DNA of 31,766 bases, from NCBI GenBank assembly GCA_028709355.1, contig JAQVXF010000001.1:1-31766 (forward strand), read 5' to 3'. Below the pieces are notes generated by a model that had not been told where the DNA came from, searched no databases, and saw only the letters and a program-made list of their open reading frames with translations. The position numbers were made by a program, and so were the translations under genes. Positions 8,511-19,938 of this stretch are shown in pieces. Numbering within the stretch: position 1 is the stretch's first letter; every line of letters begins with the position of its first letter. This stretch comes from Syntrophomonas sp. (GTDB lineage Bacteria; Bacillota; Syntrophomonadia; Syntrophomonadales; Syntrophomonadaceae).

Positions 8511-8580
8511 GATGTCTTACCTCCTTTCTGCAGGTGGGCCGGCAACGCCTAGATGCCACCCTTGATACAGAACAAAGTTA

Positions 8581-8609
8581 ATTTTAACATAGCTTCATCG
8601 CTATCTCAA
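8581..8609 (-). promoter_or_regulatory. Sigma-A promoter for rplS
   Basis: TTGAGA (8609-8604), 17-nt spacer, TAAAAT (8586-8581) with an extended -10 TG. Confidence 0.7.
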
Positions 8610-8619
8610 GAAAATACTC

Positions 8620-9195
8620 TTAATCATACCATTTTGCCCCCAACAGCCGATCCATGATTATGGCCACCGCACTGCGGACCGAGAGATGATTATAGATGCC
8701 CGCTCCCGATATCGGTTCCAGGACATGCTCGCATCGCTCCATCAGGTCCTGGCTCATGCCCCATCCGGTCCCGAACAGCAACACAAATACCTGCTCTTGC
8801 TCCTCGATCTCCTGGCGCAGCTGGCGACAAGATATGGTGTTGGGATACTGGCGGGCATCGGTACCTATCATGATAACCGGCTGGCCGCTTTCTCTTTTGA
8901 TGGCCTCCAACATGGTCGGCAGGTCTGCGCTCAGTCTAAGCAGTCGCAAGGCCTCCTGGCGATCACTATTGTACTGGCCTCCATAACCCTCCTGCCAGTA
9001 GGCCAGGATGTCCCTGACCAGTTTTTGCTGGTTGGCTGACGGGTGGACGATATAGAACCCTTCTACATCGTAAGTCCTGGCCGCACGGGCAATATCGTGT
9101 ATATCGAGATTAGTCACCGATGTAGTGATGATGTCCATGTTCTTGTTATACATCGGGTAATGCAACAAGGCTGCATACACTCTGGAACGTCTCAC
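8620..9195 (-). CDS. SPOUT-family SAM-dependent RNA methyltransferase (TM1570/DUF2168-like)
   Basis: [36 protein letters not shown] and [20 protein letters not shown] start overlaps the trmD stop (GTGA). Confidence 0.9.
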   Translation of the reverse strand: MRRSRVYAALLHYPMYNKNMDIITTSVTNLDIHDIARAARTYDVEGFYIVHPSANQQKLVRDILAYWQEGYGGQYNSDRQEALRLLRLSADLPTMLEAIKRESGQPVIMIGTDARQYPNTISCRQLRQEIEEQEQVFVLLFGTGWGMSQDLMERCEHVLEPISGAGIYNHLSVRSAVAIIMDRLLGAKWYD

Positions 9196-9929
9196 CGGTT
9201 TTGGTTCTCCCTGCTAAACAGAATCTCCTCCAGCAACTGCCTATCTTCCTGATCGTAGGATCGCTGCAACAGCAACTCAGGACGTTTCAGAAGAGTGCGG
9301 AGCAAACTTAGCTTTCTCCGCCAGCGGCGGATTTGCTCATGGTGACCGGACAGCAGCACCTCGGGAACCTCCAGGTCACCAAAAAACCTGGGTCTGGTGT
9401 AGTGGGGATACTCCAGTAAACCTTCGGCAAAGGACTCTTCGAGGACGGAACTCTCATCACCCAATACCCCGGGAATGAGACGGGTCACCGCATCCACCAC
9501 CACTATGGCCGCCACCTCGCCGCCACTGAGCACATAATCCCCTATTGATATCTCTTCGTCCACCTGGTCCATGACCCTCTCGTCGATACCTTCGTAATGG
9601 CCGCACAACAAAATGAGATGCGGTCTCTGCGCCAGTTTGGTCACCGATGCCTGATTGAGCCTGCACCCCTGGGGGGACAGATAGACCAGATGGGAGTCCG
9701 GTCGCTTAACGGCAGCGATGGCGCGGGAAACCACATCGGCCTTCATAACCATGCCCGCTCCCCCACCATATGGGTAATCATCGACTTGCTGGTGCTTATC
9801 CAGAGCATAGTCCCTGATATTGATCAGTTGGATCTCCAGCAAATCCCTGGCTTGGGCCCGGCCGATGATGCTCTCGTCGAACGCCCCGGTGAACATCGCC
9901 GGAAAAAGGGTAAGAATGTCGACTCGCAT
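9192..9929 (-). CDS. trmD: tRNA (guanine37-N1)-methyltransferase
   Basis: [36 protein letters not shown] and [10 protein letters not shown]. Confidence 0.98.
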   Translation of the reverse strand: MRVDILTLFPAMFTGAFDESIIGRAQARDLLEIQLINIRDYALDKHQQVDDYPYGGGAGMVMKADVVSRAIAAVKRPDSHLVYLSPQGCRLNQASVTKLAQRPHLILLCGHYEGIDERVMDQVDEEISIGDYVLSGGEVAAIVVVDAVTRLIPGVLGDESSVLEESFAEGLLEYPHYTRPRFFGDLEVPEVLLSGHHEQIRRWRRKLSLLRTLLKRPELLLQRSYDQEDRQLLEEILFSRENQNR

Positions 9930-10450
9930 TATGGTTCTCCCAGCATGCCTTCCATCAGCTTGACCTGCAGTCTCTGGTTAGGCACGTCGACCGCCATGAT
10001 CACTTGTGGGATGGCGGGTATGAGTATCTCCCCATACAGGTCGGACTCGACCACATATACGTCATTGGCACCTGTCTCCAATATCTCGGTCAATTGTCCC
10101 AGGAATCCCCGGTCCTGGTCCTCAACCCGCATCCCGATCAATTGGAAGTGGTAATAGGTTCCTGCGGGCAGCGGGTGCAATTGGTCGATGGTCACATTGA
10201 GGAAAAAGTTGCGCAGTCTTTCGGCTGTCTCCAGGTCATCGACACCGGCAAACTTCATCAGCAACTGCCCCCGATAGGGTGAGCAATCAGAGATGGCCAA
10301 TTCCATCAACTCTCTGCCGCGCTGAACCAGATACCTCTGGCCGGCTTGGAAACGTTCCGGAAAGTCTGTCAGGGGCTGGACTTTCACCGATCCCTTATAG
10401 CCATGGGTGCCGACTATTTTCCCTACTTTGACCAATTCCCCGAGGTCCAT
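9929..10450 (-). CDS. rimM: Ribosome maturation factor RimM
   Basis: [34 protein letters not shown] and ILIPAI. ATG 10450 after GGAGG. Confidence 0.95.
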   Translation of the reverse strand: MDLGELVKVGKIVGTHGYKGSVKVQPLTDFPERFQAGQRYLVQRGRELMELAISDCSPYRGQLLMKFAGVDDLETAERLRNFFLNVTIDQLHPLPAGTYYHFQLIGMRVEDQDRGFLGQLTEILETGANDVYVVESDLYGEILIPAIPQVIMAVDVPNQRLQVKLMEGMLGEP

Positions 10451-10492
10451 TTTGATTCGACCTCCAAATAAAACTTCCACCTCATGGTGATT

Positions 10493-10723
10493 CTAGCGCA
10501 TTATCTCTACCGCAACCTTTTTACCGGCTTTGGCAGCTGCTGCCTTGGTAAGGGTGCGGATGGACTTGGCGATCTTGCCTTGCTTGCCAATAACCTTGCC
10601 CATATCTTCAGGAGCTACCCGAATCTCTAGGACTACTGCCCTTTCGTTCTCGGTCTCGATCACTTCGACCGCCTCCGGTTTATCTACCAGTGACCGGGCA
10701 ATCAATTCAACCAGTTCTTTCAC
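10493..10723 (-). CDS. khpA: KH-domain RNA-binding protein KhpA (YlqC)
   Basis: VKELVELIARSLVDKP and DMGKVIGKQGKIAKSIRT. GTG start at 10723 after GGGGGGTG. Confidence 0.93.
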   Translation of the reverse strand: MKELVELIARSLVDKPEAVEVIETENERAVVLEIRVAPEDMGKVIGKQGKIAKSIRTLTKAAAAKAGKKVAVEIMR

Positions 10724-10751
10724 TAGGTTACACCCCCCGGTTTTCCTCTCA

Positions 10752-11018
10752 CTATTTGCGGGATTCCGCAAACTTACTGATGATACCTTGCTTCTGCAAG
10801 AGAGATTTGGCGGTGTCAGACGGTTTGGCACCAGTAGCCAGCCATTTCAAGGCTTTCTCTTCGTCGATCTTGATTGTGGCCGGATCGGTGCCCGGATCAT
10901 AGTAACCGATCTCTTCGATGAACCGGCCATCACGGGGAGTACGGGAATCCGCCACCACCACGCGGTAGAAGGGGTTCTTCTTGGCGCCCATCCTCTTAAG
11001 TCTAATCTTCGTTGCCAT
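10752..11018 (-). CDS. rpsP: 30S ribosomal protein S16
   Basis: [48 protein letters not shown]. Confidence 0.98.
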   Translation of the reverse strand: MATKIRLKRMGAKKNPFYRVVVADSRTPRDGRFIEEIGYYDPGTDPATIKIDEEKALKWLATGAKPSDTAKSLLQKQGIISKFAESRK

Positions 11019-11118
11019 TTTATCACCTCCTCATAATTGTTCACTTATGCCAACCCAATCAGCTTCCCGGTTCAAAGCGTTCCGGATAAAGCCGCCAGGC
11101 TATCTAAGTCCGTGGCCA

Positions 11119-12465
<1,347 letters not shown>

Positions 12466-12485
12466 CCTATCTATCTCCCCTTTAC

Positions 12486-12827
12486 CTAAAGTAGTTCGGC
12501 TATCTCATCGATCAGGCTTACCGCCTGTACCAGCCGGGGATTATCAACTTCCGGACCCGCCAAGATTATCCGCAATTCATCCAGGTTACGGCGAGTAAGC
12601 TGGAATTTAGTTACCAAGCCCAGCTTGTCTTCGTATTCCTGCAGGATGCCCTCGGCCCGTTTTACCAGATCGTAAACCGCCTGGCGGGTGGTGTTCATAT
12701 TACTGGCTATCTCTGATAAGGACCAGTCGTCCTCATAATGCATATGCAGAACATCTTGTTGTTTAGCGGTCAACAATGGACCGTAAAAATCTTTAAGCAA
12801 CACAACCTGACTGACTTTTTCCAGCAA
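12486..12827 (-). CDS. ylxM: YlxM (UPF0122) HTH protein
   Basis: LLKDFYGPLLTAKQ, SLSEIA, TRQAVYDLVKR and EYEDKLGL. Usual position upstream of ffh. Start uncertain (TTG 12827 or GTG 12836). Confidence 0.92.
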   Translation of the reverse strand: MLEKVSQVVLLKDFYGPLLTAKQQDVLHMHYEDDWSLSEIASNMNTTRQAVYDLVKRAEGILQEYEDKLGLVTKFQLTRRNLDELRIILAGPEVDNPRLVQAVSLIDEIAELL

Positions 12828-12872
12828 GCAGTCCACCGTCCTTCGCGTCAAGCCTTTTTGCTTTACTAGACG

Positions 12873-12901
12873 ATTTTAGAGCTTCGCGGCCACGATGTCA
12901 A
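12873..12901 (-). promoter_or_regulatory. Sigma-A promoter for ylxM-ffh
   Basis: TTGACA (12901-12896), 17-nt spacer, TAAAAT (12878-12873). Confidence 0.8.
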
Positions 12902-12933
12902 GTTTTTGACTTTATTCGTGAAAATCTTTTGTT

Positions 12934-12962
12934 TTGCACTAACATTAGGCATACAATAGAAT
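12934..12962 (+). promoter_or_regulatory. Putative sigma-A promoter for the DegV gene
   Basis: TTGCAC (12934-12939), 17-nt spacer, TAGAAT (12957-12962). Divergent from the ylxM promoter. Confidence 0.55.
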
Positions 12963-13012
12963 TATCCATTTAAGGGCATCCTTACTTATCAAAAAGCTTG
13001 GGAGTGATTGTC

Positions 13013-13855
13013 TTGGAAAAGATAGCCTTGGTCGCCGACAGCGCTTGTGATTTGCCCCAAAACCTGATCGAACAGTATGGCATCAGAATCCTGCCATTAA
13101 AGGTCATATATCCCGATGGGCAATATTCAGACCGGGTCGATGTACAACCCGAGGACGTCTACCGGCGAATGCCGGGCGAAGTGCCTACTACTTCCATGCC
13201 CAACCTGCAGGAGATCAAGGCCGTATTCGATAGCTTACGCCGCGATGGTTTCAGTCATATACTGGCCATAACCCTGTCCAGCAAATTGTCCGGTACATTC
13301 CAGGCCATGGAATTAGCCGCGCGTGATTTCGACGACATAACCATCCAGGTTTTCGATACCCGTACCTTGTCCATGGCCACCGGCTGGATGGTCCTGGAGT
13401 CAGCCCGCAATGTCATGAACGGTCTGAGCTTCAGCAAGGTGATGGAGAAACTCACCCTCCTGCGACCCAAGGTTCATGCTTATTATGTTATAGAGACCCT
13501 CGAATACCTTCGCAAGGGAGGACGCATCGGGCAGGTTGCGGGTATGCTGGGAGAACTTCTCAATCTGAAACCGATCATCGGGGTCAACCGGGACGGTGTC
13601 TATTATACCCATGCCAAAGTGAGGGGCAGGACCAAGTCGATCGAGAAATTGATGGAAATAGTCACTGAAACGGTCGGGAACCGCCCCTTCAAACTGGCAG
13701 TCATGCACGGGGGAGCCAAAGAAGTTGGCGAGAAGGTAGCGTCCAAGTTAGGGCAGCTGCCCAATGTCAAAGAACTCATATTCTCCGACATCAGCCCTGC
13801 TTTGGGCGTACATACCGGTCCCGGCTTGCTGGCGGTTTGTTTCTACGAGTTGTAG
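13013..13855 (+). CDS. DegV family fatty-acid-binding protein
   Basis: IALVADSACDL, PTTSMP, LSSKLSGTFQ, LEYLRKGGRIG, LNLKPII and LGVHTGPG. TTG 13013 after GGAGTG (12998 is an alternative start). Confidence 0.95.
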   Translation: MEKIALVADSACDLPQNLIEQYGIRILPLKVIYPDGQYSDRVDVQPEDVYRRMPGEVPTTSMPNLQEIKAVFDSLRRDGFSHILAITLSSKLSGTFQAMELAARDFDDITIQVFDTRTLSMATGWMVLESARNVMNGLSFSKVMEKLTLLRPKVHAYYVIETLEYLRKGGRIGQVAGMLGELLNLKPIIGVNRDGVYYTHAKVRGRTKSIEKLMEIVTETVGNRPFKLAVMHGGAKEVGEKVASKLGQLPNVKELIFSDISPALGVHTGPGLLAVCFYEL

Positions 13856-14095
13856 CCGCCGTCGGTTGGGACTGGTTGGTACTGGACTGGCTCAGTGGTG
13901 AACCGGTCAGCCCAGTTATTGTCTTCCATCAGTGCAGTGGCAATGTCCCCAAGAAGCGCCTGAGCCAGTATATCCAACTGTAATCAACCCGTGTCCCAGT
14001 CCCGCTCTAGAAGCAACATCGGTCTCGCACAGGGTGTGGAGACCAATTATTTGTGTCTGCTGCCTTCTGTGTCGGTCCTGGCCGTCATCCTGCTG

Positions 14096-14989
14096 TCACT
14101 GCGATCCAGCCATCAGGTTCTGTTTAACCCGGCGCTGGAGCAAATCCACGCACAGGCTGATATTCTCGGGAACATATATCCTTAAGTTTTCCCGGTAATA
14201 GCGAGCAAAAAGGTTGCTTTTGATAGTGTCTTCGTCCAGACCCTGGTCCAGCATCCCCTTTATACTAGCGAAGGCATCCTGGGCGGTATCCAAAGCCCGT
14301 TGGTAGAACTGCGGCACTTCATCATTCACCCAGATCCTCTCATGAGGTATAGCCAGGACTTTGGTGGGGTAACTCATTAGTTTACGGATACTGCTCATAT
14401 AGAGCTCGAAATCGAGGAAGAAGATCGGGAATATCAATTGGTCTGAGGTTTGGAATCCAGCCGTGTCGGACAAAAACATCACCTGGTCTTCAGGCAGATA
14501 GAAGGCCAGATTACAGGGGCTGTGACCCGGTGCATCGATAACCTCCAAGCTCAGTCCGCTGCCCAGGTCCAGCCTGTCCCCGCCCTTTACTACGGTATCG
14601 ACAATGATCGGTTCCGGCAAAGGCGCCATTATTTCCTCATCGATCAAGCCCTGGCGAAGCAGTAATTCGGTCATCTTCTGGTCCTGGCTGAAAAAGTTCT
14701 TCAGTATTTTAGGATTGGCCAGCACCTTCTTGGTTTCTGAGCTGCCTACCAACTGGGCTTGGGGGAACATCTCACGCAAGGCGGGGATACCGCACACGTG
14801 ATCAAAATGGGCATGGGACGCCAGCAGGTATTTGATGTGCGGTTTGACCGGTAGAGCCGCCCATTGCCGCCGGAAGCTCATTATGCTTCCGCTGACCCCG
14901 CATTCAACGATAGCCGCTTGCTCCTGACCCACGATGAAATGGTTGAAGTGCTGGTTGCCTAGACACAGAACATTTTTGGTCAGTCTCAT
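14096..14989 (-). CDS. MBL-fold metallo-hydrolase
   Basis: SHAHFDHVCG (HxHxDH), APGHSPC, FLSDTAG and IPHE. ATG 14989 after GGAGGAGGTAGGAGG. Confidence 0.9.
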   Translation of the reverse strand: MRLTKNVLCLGNQHFNHFIVGQEQAAIVECGVSGSIMSFRRQWAALPVKPHIKYLLASHAHFDHVCGIPALREMFPQAQLVGSSETKKVLANPKILKNFFSQDQKMTELLLRQGLIDEEIMAPLPEPIIVDTVVKGGDRLDLGSGLSLEVIDAPGHSPCNLAFYLPEDQVMFLSDTAGFQTSDQLIFPIFFLDFELYMSSIRKLMSYPTKVLAIPHERIWVNDEVPQFYQRALDTAQDAFASIKGMLDQGLDEDTIKSNLFARYYRENLRIYVPENISLCVDLLQRRVKQNLMAGSQ

Positions 14990-15084
14990 GCCTCCTACCT
15001 CCTCCGCCAAAGAACTTCTTCCATATATTACTTAATATAACACAGCTTCCCCTTTGCAGGACTCGAATGATTGTTTAAAGGCAG

Positions 15085-15113
15085 AAAAAAGGATCTCCGT
15101 GACCGGAAATCCT
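15085..15113 (-). terminator. Terminator after the tRNA Ile-Glu-Val unit
   Basis: Plus strand AGGATCTCCG-TGAC-CGGAAATCCT, with a minus-strand U-tract. Confidence 0.65.
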
Positions 15114-15123
15114 AATTTTTTTC

Positions 15124-15199
<76 letters not shown>

Positions 15200-15202
15200 T
15201 GA

Positions 15203-15278
15203 TGGTGACCCCTGGGGGACTCGAACCCCCGTTACCGCCGTGAAAGGGCGGTGTCTTAGACCGCTTGACCAAGGGGCC
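15203..15278 (-). tRNA. tRNA-Glu(TTC)
   Basis: GGCCCCTTGGTCAAGCGGTCTAAGACACCGCCCTTTCACGGCGG...GGTTCGAGTCCCCCAGGGGTCACCA. Confidence 0.97.
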
Positions 15279-15281
15279 AAA

Positions 15282-15357
15282 TGGTGGGCCTACCAGGATT
15301 CGAACCTGGGACCAACCGGTTATGAGCCGGTAGCTCTACCAACTGAGCTATAGGCCC
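15282..15357 (-). tRNA. tRNA with CAT anticodon, most likely tRNA-Ile2 (lysidine-modified)
   Basis: GGGCCTATAGCTCAGTTGGTAGAGCTACCGGCTCATAACCGG...GGTTCGAATCCTGGTAGGCCCACCA. The GGGCCT acceptor stem and CCGG anticodon stem look like Ile2. There is no initiator C1:A72 mismatch. Confidence 0.93.
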
Positions 15358-15385
15358 GGAGGTCTCTAAAAACCCCGCAAGAGTT

Positions 15386-15414
15386 AGTATATATAATATG
15401 CCTGTAAAAATCAA
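15386..15414 (-). promoter_or_regulatory. Sigma-A promoter for tRNA Ile2-Glu-Val
   Basis: TTGATT, 17-nt spacer, TATACT. Confidence 0.7.
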
Positions 15415-15452
15415 TAGCCAGGCGACATTTATTACAGCTGTGGCCGGGCAAC

Positions 15453-15483
15453 AAAAAAGCGGTAATCATAAATGGTTACCGCT
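15453..15483 (-). terminator. Terminator after tRNA-Asn
   Basis: Minus strand AGCGGTAACCAT-TT-ATGATTACCGCT followed by TTTTT. Confidence 0.8.
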
Positions 15484-15493
15484 GTTTATAGCA

Positions 15494-15568
15494 TGGCTCC
15501 CCGAGTAGGATTCGAACCTACAACCCTCCGGTTAACAGCCGGATGCTCTACCGTTGAGCTATCGAGGA
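15494..15568 (-). tRNA. tRNA-Asn(GTT)
   Basis: TCCTCGATAGCTCAACGGTAGAGCATCCGGCTGTTAACCGGAGGGTTGTAGGTTCGAATCCTACTCGGGGAGCCA; 75 nt. Confidence 0.97.
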
Positions 15569-15585
15569 AGGACCCAACGAAGCTA

Positions 15586-15614
15586 ATTATATAATCATTG
15601 GAATGCACTGTCAA
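15586..15614 (-). promoter_or_regulatory. Consensus sigma-A promoter for tRNA-Asn
   Basis: Perfect TTGACA, 17-nt spacer, TATAAT. Confidence 0.88.
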
Positions 15615-15662
15615 TAAGCCCCGGGCAAATTTGAAGCGGGACTGGACCATGGCGGCAAACAG

Positions 15663-16745
15663 TTATTCGATATAATCTTTGAGCTTCTTGCTGCGGGATG
15701 GATGCCGCAGCTTGCGTAAAGCCTTGGCTTCGATCTGCCGTATCCTTTCGCGGGTCACCCCGAATTCCTGGCCAACCTCCTCCAGGGTGCGGGGGCGTCC
15801 GTCATCCAGACCGAATCGCAACCGCAGAACTTTCTCTTCCCGGTCGGTGAGGGTATTCAAGATCCCGTCCATGTGCTCCCGCAAGAGCACGAATGACGCT
15901 GATTCTTCCGGGGACTCGGCCTCCTCATCGGTGATGAAATCCCCCAGGTGGCTGTCATCCTCTTCACCGATCGGTGTTTCCAGGGAAACGGGTTCCTGGG
16001 CCACCTTCATGATCTCGATCACCCGCTCCACCGATATGTCCATCTCCTCGCCCACCTCACTGGGGGTCGGTTCGCGACCAAGGGTCTGCAGCAGGCTGCG
16101 CTGCACCCGGGATAATTTGTTGATAGTCTCCACCATGTGGACCGGTATCCTTATGGTACGGGCCTGATCAGCGATAGCCCGGGTTATGGCTTGTCTTATC
16201 CACCAAGTGGCATAGGTGCTGAATTTGAATCCCTTGCGATGATCGAACTTCTCTACAGCTTTCATCAACCCCAGGTTGCCTTCCTGGATCAGGTCCAAAA
16301 ACAACATACCCCTGCCCACATAACGTTTGGCAATGCTCACTACCAATCTAAGGTTGGCTTCCACCAACTTGCGCTTAGCCTCTTCATCCCCGATTTCGAT
16401 CAACAGGGCCAACTCTATCTCCTCGGTGGCGGTAAGTAACCGTACCCGCCCGATCTCTTTCAAATACATCCGGACCGGATCATCTATCTCTACCCCTTCG
16501 GGTACCATCACTTTTTCATTCTCGATGCTCTCCGGTTCGACATCATCCGCATCATCCTCATGTTCCCCTTCTGGGCCCACAGTAATCCCCAGTGTCTGCA
16601 GATGCTCAAGAATATCGTCCAGGACGTCCGGCTCCAGTCTGTAACTCTGCAATTCCTCCATGATCTCTTCATAGGTAAGGTGTTTCTTCTTCTTGCCTTT
16701 TTCCGCCAGACTACTCACGCTTTCAGCGATTTTGTTATCTTTCAC
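15663..16745 (-). CDS. rpoD: RNA polymerase primary sigma factor RpoD/SigA
   Basis: [56 protein letters not shown] and [22 protein letters not shown] start at 16745 overlaps the dnaG TGA; SD GAAGGAGG. Confidence 0.98.
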   Translation of the reverse strand: MKDNKIAESVSSLAEKGKKKKHLTYEEIMEELQSYRLEPDVLDDILEHLQTLGITVGPEGEHEDDADDVEPESIENEKVMVPEGVEIDDPVRMYLKEIGRVRLLTATEEIELALLIEIGDEEAKRKLVEANLRLVVSIAKRYVGRGMLFLDLIQEGNLGLMKAVEKFDHRKGFKFSTYATWWIRQAITRAIADQARTIRIPVHMVETINKLSRVQRSLLQTLGREPTPSEVGEEMDISVERVIEIMKVAQEPVSLETPIGEEDDSHLGDFITDEEAESPEESASFVLLREHMDGILNTLTDREEKVLRLRFGLDDGRPRTLEEVGQEFGVTRERIRQIEAKALRKLRHPSRSKKLKDYIE

Positions 16746-18526
16746 AGTGAACCTCCTTCCCGGGCAAAATGTGGGACTGTGCCGATCCCTGCCATAAACC
16801 TGACTAGTGAATAAAAATCTCCACGGGCAGCCAAATCGTCTATTTGCTCCAGCATCCCCTGCCATTGGCTCTCAATCTTCTTCTGTTCCACTCGCATCAC
16901 AAACTCTTCCACTTCTATATCCAGATCGCCACCCTCTTCTGCCAATAACATGGTCACCAGGGCGCGGATGGCGGCCGCGTCATCTGAAAGGTCACCGGAC
17001 ATCATCTGACTCAACCTGGCTTCCCCGTCTCCCGTCAGTTGATCATAGGCCTTAACGAAATCCCGGTACCCTTGGTTGGCAAAAAAGCTGATCCCGATCC
17101 GGGATTTGATGTTTTGGTAAATCTGCTGATCCTTGAGCATGGCCGCCAGAATTTTCTCCTGCAGACCATATTTCCCGGAATCCCTGTTGTCACTGCTTAA
17201 GCCATCATCATCGCGGTAGCGCCTGCCCCCCGCACCCCGGCGGCCTCGGCGGAATTCCAGGGCAACCAGGTTTTCTTCCACCCTTAATTTTCGGGCCAGG
17301 GTTTTCACGAGGGAATCCTTCTCCACCGCACTGGTTACATTTTCGATGTCTTCCTTGAGAGCACTGATGATGCTTATCTTGGCATCCAAGTCCATCCGGG
17401 GGGTGGTTTGGATCAATCGGTTGAGTTTGAACTCGACATCGCTGCATACATTATTCTCGATAAATTGCCAAAATCCCTTTTTCCCGGCCGAATCTATGAA
17501 ATCATCCGGATCCTGTCCCTCCGGCAGACTGATGATCTCAACTTTTACCTCAGCGCCACGCAACACCGCCGCCGCACGCAGGGTAGCGTTTTGGCCCGCT
17601 TCATCGCCATCGTAGAGGATGGTCACCTTCTCTGCATAGCGGCGCAACAAACGGGCCTGATCCTCGGTCAAAGCGGTTCCCAATGAAGCTATAACGTTAA
17701 TGATGCCCGCCTGATGCAGTTTGATGCAATCCATATAGCCCTCCACCAGGAAGGCATTGTTGTGGTTGCGGATCGCTTCCCGCGCTTGGGCCAAGCCGTA
17801 CAGATTCTTCCGCTTGGAAAACAGTTCAGTTTCCGGAGTGTTCAAGTACTTCGGTACCGCATCCCCCAGGCTCCTACCCCCAAAACCTATCACATCACGA
17901 TTGTAGAGCATTATTGGAAACATAATCCGATGCCGGAACAAATCATAGAAGCGGCTCTGGTTGTCACTGCGTTTGACCAGGCCCGCAATCTTGATCATTT
18001 CGGAATCGTAACCCCGGCCCAGTAAATGATTGGTCAATTCCTGCCAATCTTCCCCGGCATAACCCAGACCGTAAAGCTCGATAGTCTCATCACCGATGCC
18101 CCGCCGGGCCAAATAAGCCCGGGCCTCGTCACCCAGTCCCGACCGCAGCTTGTGGTTATAGAACTGGGCCGCCGCATTGTTTAGGCTGACCATAGTCTTC
18201 CGATGATCAGCTTTGGCTCGATGCTGGGGCCGGCTTATATCCACCCCGGCTTTGGCAGCCAGAACCTCCAGGGCCTCCCGGAATTCCAGTCCATCCCTTT
18301 TCATCAGGAAGGTAAATACATTGCCCCCGGTGTGGCAGCCAAAACAATAAAACATCTGCTTGTCCCGGCTAACACTGAAAGACGGCGTTTTTTCGCCGTG
18401 GAAAGGACACAAGCCCCAGTGGTTGTTGCCTTTACGGCTGAGTTGGACCGTCTCCGCAATCAATTCCACTATGTCCAGCTGGGCTTGTACTTGTTGTATT
18501 TTTTGATCATCATCATAATACGCCAT
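16742..18526 (-). CDS. dnaG: DNA primase
   Basis: CHC2 zinc finger ([11 protein letters not shown]...CFGC), PKYLNTPET, Toprim VEGYMD and YDGDEAG. Confidence 0.97.
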   Translation of the reverse strand: MAYYDDDQKIQQVQAQLDIVELIAETVQLSRKGNNHWGLCPFHGEKTPSFSVSRDKQMFYCFGCHTGGNVFTFLMKRDGLEFREALEVLAAKAGVDISRPQHRAKADHRKTMVSLNNAAAQFYNHKLRSGLGDEARAYLARRGIGDETIELYGLGYAGEDWQELTNHLLGRGYDSEMIKIAGLVKRSDNQSRFYDLFRHRIMFPIMLYNRDVIGFGGRSLGDAVPKYLNTPETELFSKRKNLYGLAQAREAIRNHNNAFLVEGYMDCIKLHQAGIINVIASLGTALTEDQARLLRRYAEKVTILYDGDEAGQNATLRAAAVLRGAEVKVEIISLPEGQDPDDFIDSAGKKGFWQFIENNVCSDVEFKLNRLIQTTPRMDLDAKISIISALKEDIENVTSAVEKDSLVKTLARKLRVEENLVALEFRRGRRGAGGRRYRDDDGLSSDNRDSGKYGLQEKILAAMLKDQQIYQNIKSRIGISFFANQGYRDFVKAYDQLTGDGEARLSQMMSGDLSDDAAAIRALVTMLLAEEGGDLDIEVEEFVMRVEQKKIESQWQGMLEQIDDLAARGDFYSLVRFMAGIGTVPHFAREGGSL

Positions 18527-18540
18527 GACTTCAACCTACT

Positions 18541-18566
18541 ATTCTATATTGTTGGAGAAATCCCTT
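18541..18566 (-). promoter_or_regulatory. Possible sigma-H-type promoter for dnaG-rpoD
   Basis: Minus strand AAGGGATTT-N11-TAGAAT resembles the SigH consensus (AGGA...GAAT). Confidence 0.35.
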
Positions 18567-18619
18567 TTTAATGTTAAAAAAAATCGAGCCCGCCCTCTCC
18601 TCACACCCATCCCGGTTGG

Positions 18620-19684
18620 CTATTCCCAGCAAATGCGCCTGGTATCCGGCACCATCGATTGGGGGATATAGATGTCTTTGAAAAGATTGATGCAGTAGGC
18701 GTCGCTCATGCCGGATATATAGTCCAGCACCGCCCGCTCCAATCCTTCCTGTTTGGCGATCTGCAGGTACAACGGGCTCATCTTGGAGGGATTCTTCATA
18801 TAATAATCATACAAGCTGGAGATTATGAACATAGCCCGGTTCCTTTCCTCCTGGCACACCGCACCCCGATAAATATTCTCAAACATGAATTCCCGCAAAC
18901 CCCACAAGGCCCTCTCTGCCACCGGGCCGGGTTCGACCACCACCGGTAGCCCGGCTGCCATCGCTCGGCGGGTATTGTCTATGGTATCGATCACCAGGGT
19001 CGCTATTCGCTGGCTGTGGGTAATCCCCAGGACGTCCAGGAATCTGGCCGGAATCTGGTCTAGGGTCAATAGCCCCGCCCTGATCGCATCGTCGATGTCA
19101 TGCTGAACATAGGCGATTTTGTCAGCGATGCGGATGACCTGGCCTTCCAGAGTGGATGCGTAAGACCCGCCCTGCCCGTAACCACTGTGGTGGAGGACCC
19201 CATCCAGCACCTCGAGCGACAGGTTCAGCCCGCTGTCGCCTTTATGCTGTTCAACCCGGGTGAGGACCCGAACGCTGTTTTCGCTATGCTTGAAATGACC
19301 AGAGGTTATCTCATTCAAGATCTGCTCCCCGGAATGGGCAAAGGGAGTATGCCCCACATCATGGGCCAAAGCTATCGCTTCGATCAGGTCCAGGTTCAGG
19401 TTCAGGCCGGCACCGATGGTCCGGGCAATCTGGTTCACCTCCAGGGTGTGGGTGAGTCGGGTGCGGTAATGGTCCCCGGGAGGCGCGACGAAGACCTGGG
19501 TCTTGTGTTTGAGGCGCCGGAATGACTTGGAATGGATGACCCGGTCCCTATCCACCATGAAGCAGGTGCGGATGGGATCAGGCACCTCGCTCCGCTGCCG
19601 CCCCGATGAATCCCGCGACCTCACCGCATATTCGCTCAGCCCGTCATTCTCGCGGGCCTCGATCTCCTGCCGGATGCTCACCAT
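18620..19684 (-). CDS. dgt: Deoxyguanosinetriphosphate triphosphohydrolase-like HD protein
   Basis: DRDRVIHSKSFRRLKHKTQVF, RTRLTHTLEV, AHDVGHTPFAHSGE, ADKIAYVQHDIDD and DYISGMSD. Confidence 0.94.
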   Translation of the reverse strand: MVSIRQEIEARENDGLSEYAVRSRDSSGRQRSEVPDPIRTCFMVDRDRVIHSKSFRRLKHKTQVFVAPPGDHYRTRLTHTLEVNQIARTIGAGLNLNLDLIEAIALAHDVGHTPFAHSGEQILNEITSGHFKHSENSVRVLTRVEQHKGDSGLNLSLEVLDGVLHHSGYGQGGSYASTLEGQVIRIADKIAYVQHDIDDAIRAGLLTLDQIPARFLDVLGITHSQRIATLVIDTIDNTRRAMAAGLPVVVEPGPVAERALWGLREFMFENIYRGAVCQEERNRAMFIISSLYDYYMKNPSKMSPLYLQIAKQEGLERAVLDYISGMSDAYCINLFKDIYIPQSMVPDTRRICWE

Positions 19685-19888
19685 CTTCACCCCTTTGAAC
19701 CAAGATTCTGCTTTGCCTGCACCCTGACCGGTACAATGCCCGGCCCTATCCCGGTGACGGGAACAAAATATAATACGCCGGCGAAGGCCAAAGCTTACTA
19801 TAACCTCTTAATACTATTAATTCGACATTAATTCCTCTAATTATCTCTACATTGCTTTTATAGTTCGGCTCGAGGGTCTTACCATAAC

Positions 19889-19918
19889 AAAAAGGGGCCT
19901 GGGCAAACCCAGGACCCC
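19889..19918 (-). terminator. Terminator after ppdK
   Basis: Minus strand GGGGTCCTGGG-TTTG-CCCAGGCCCC followed by TTTTT. Confidence 0.85.
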
Positions 19919-19938
19919 ATACATTTTTGCCGACAGTG

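Noticed and set aside
16746..16865. 40-aa N-terminal extension of RpoD
   Set aside because: It lies inside dnaG. The real start is GTG 16745, with an SD and a GTGA overlap.
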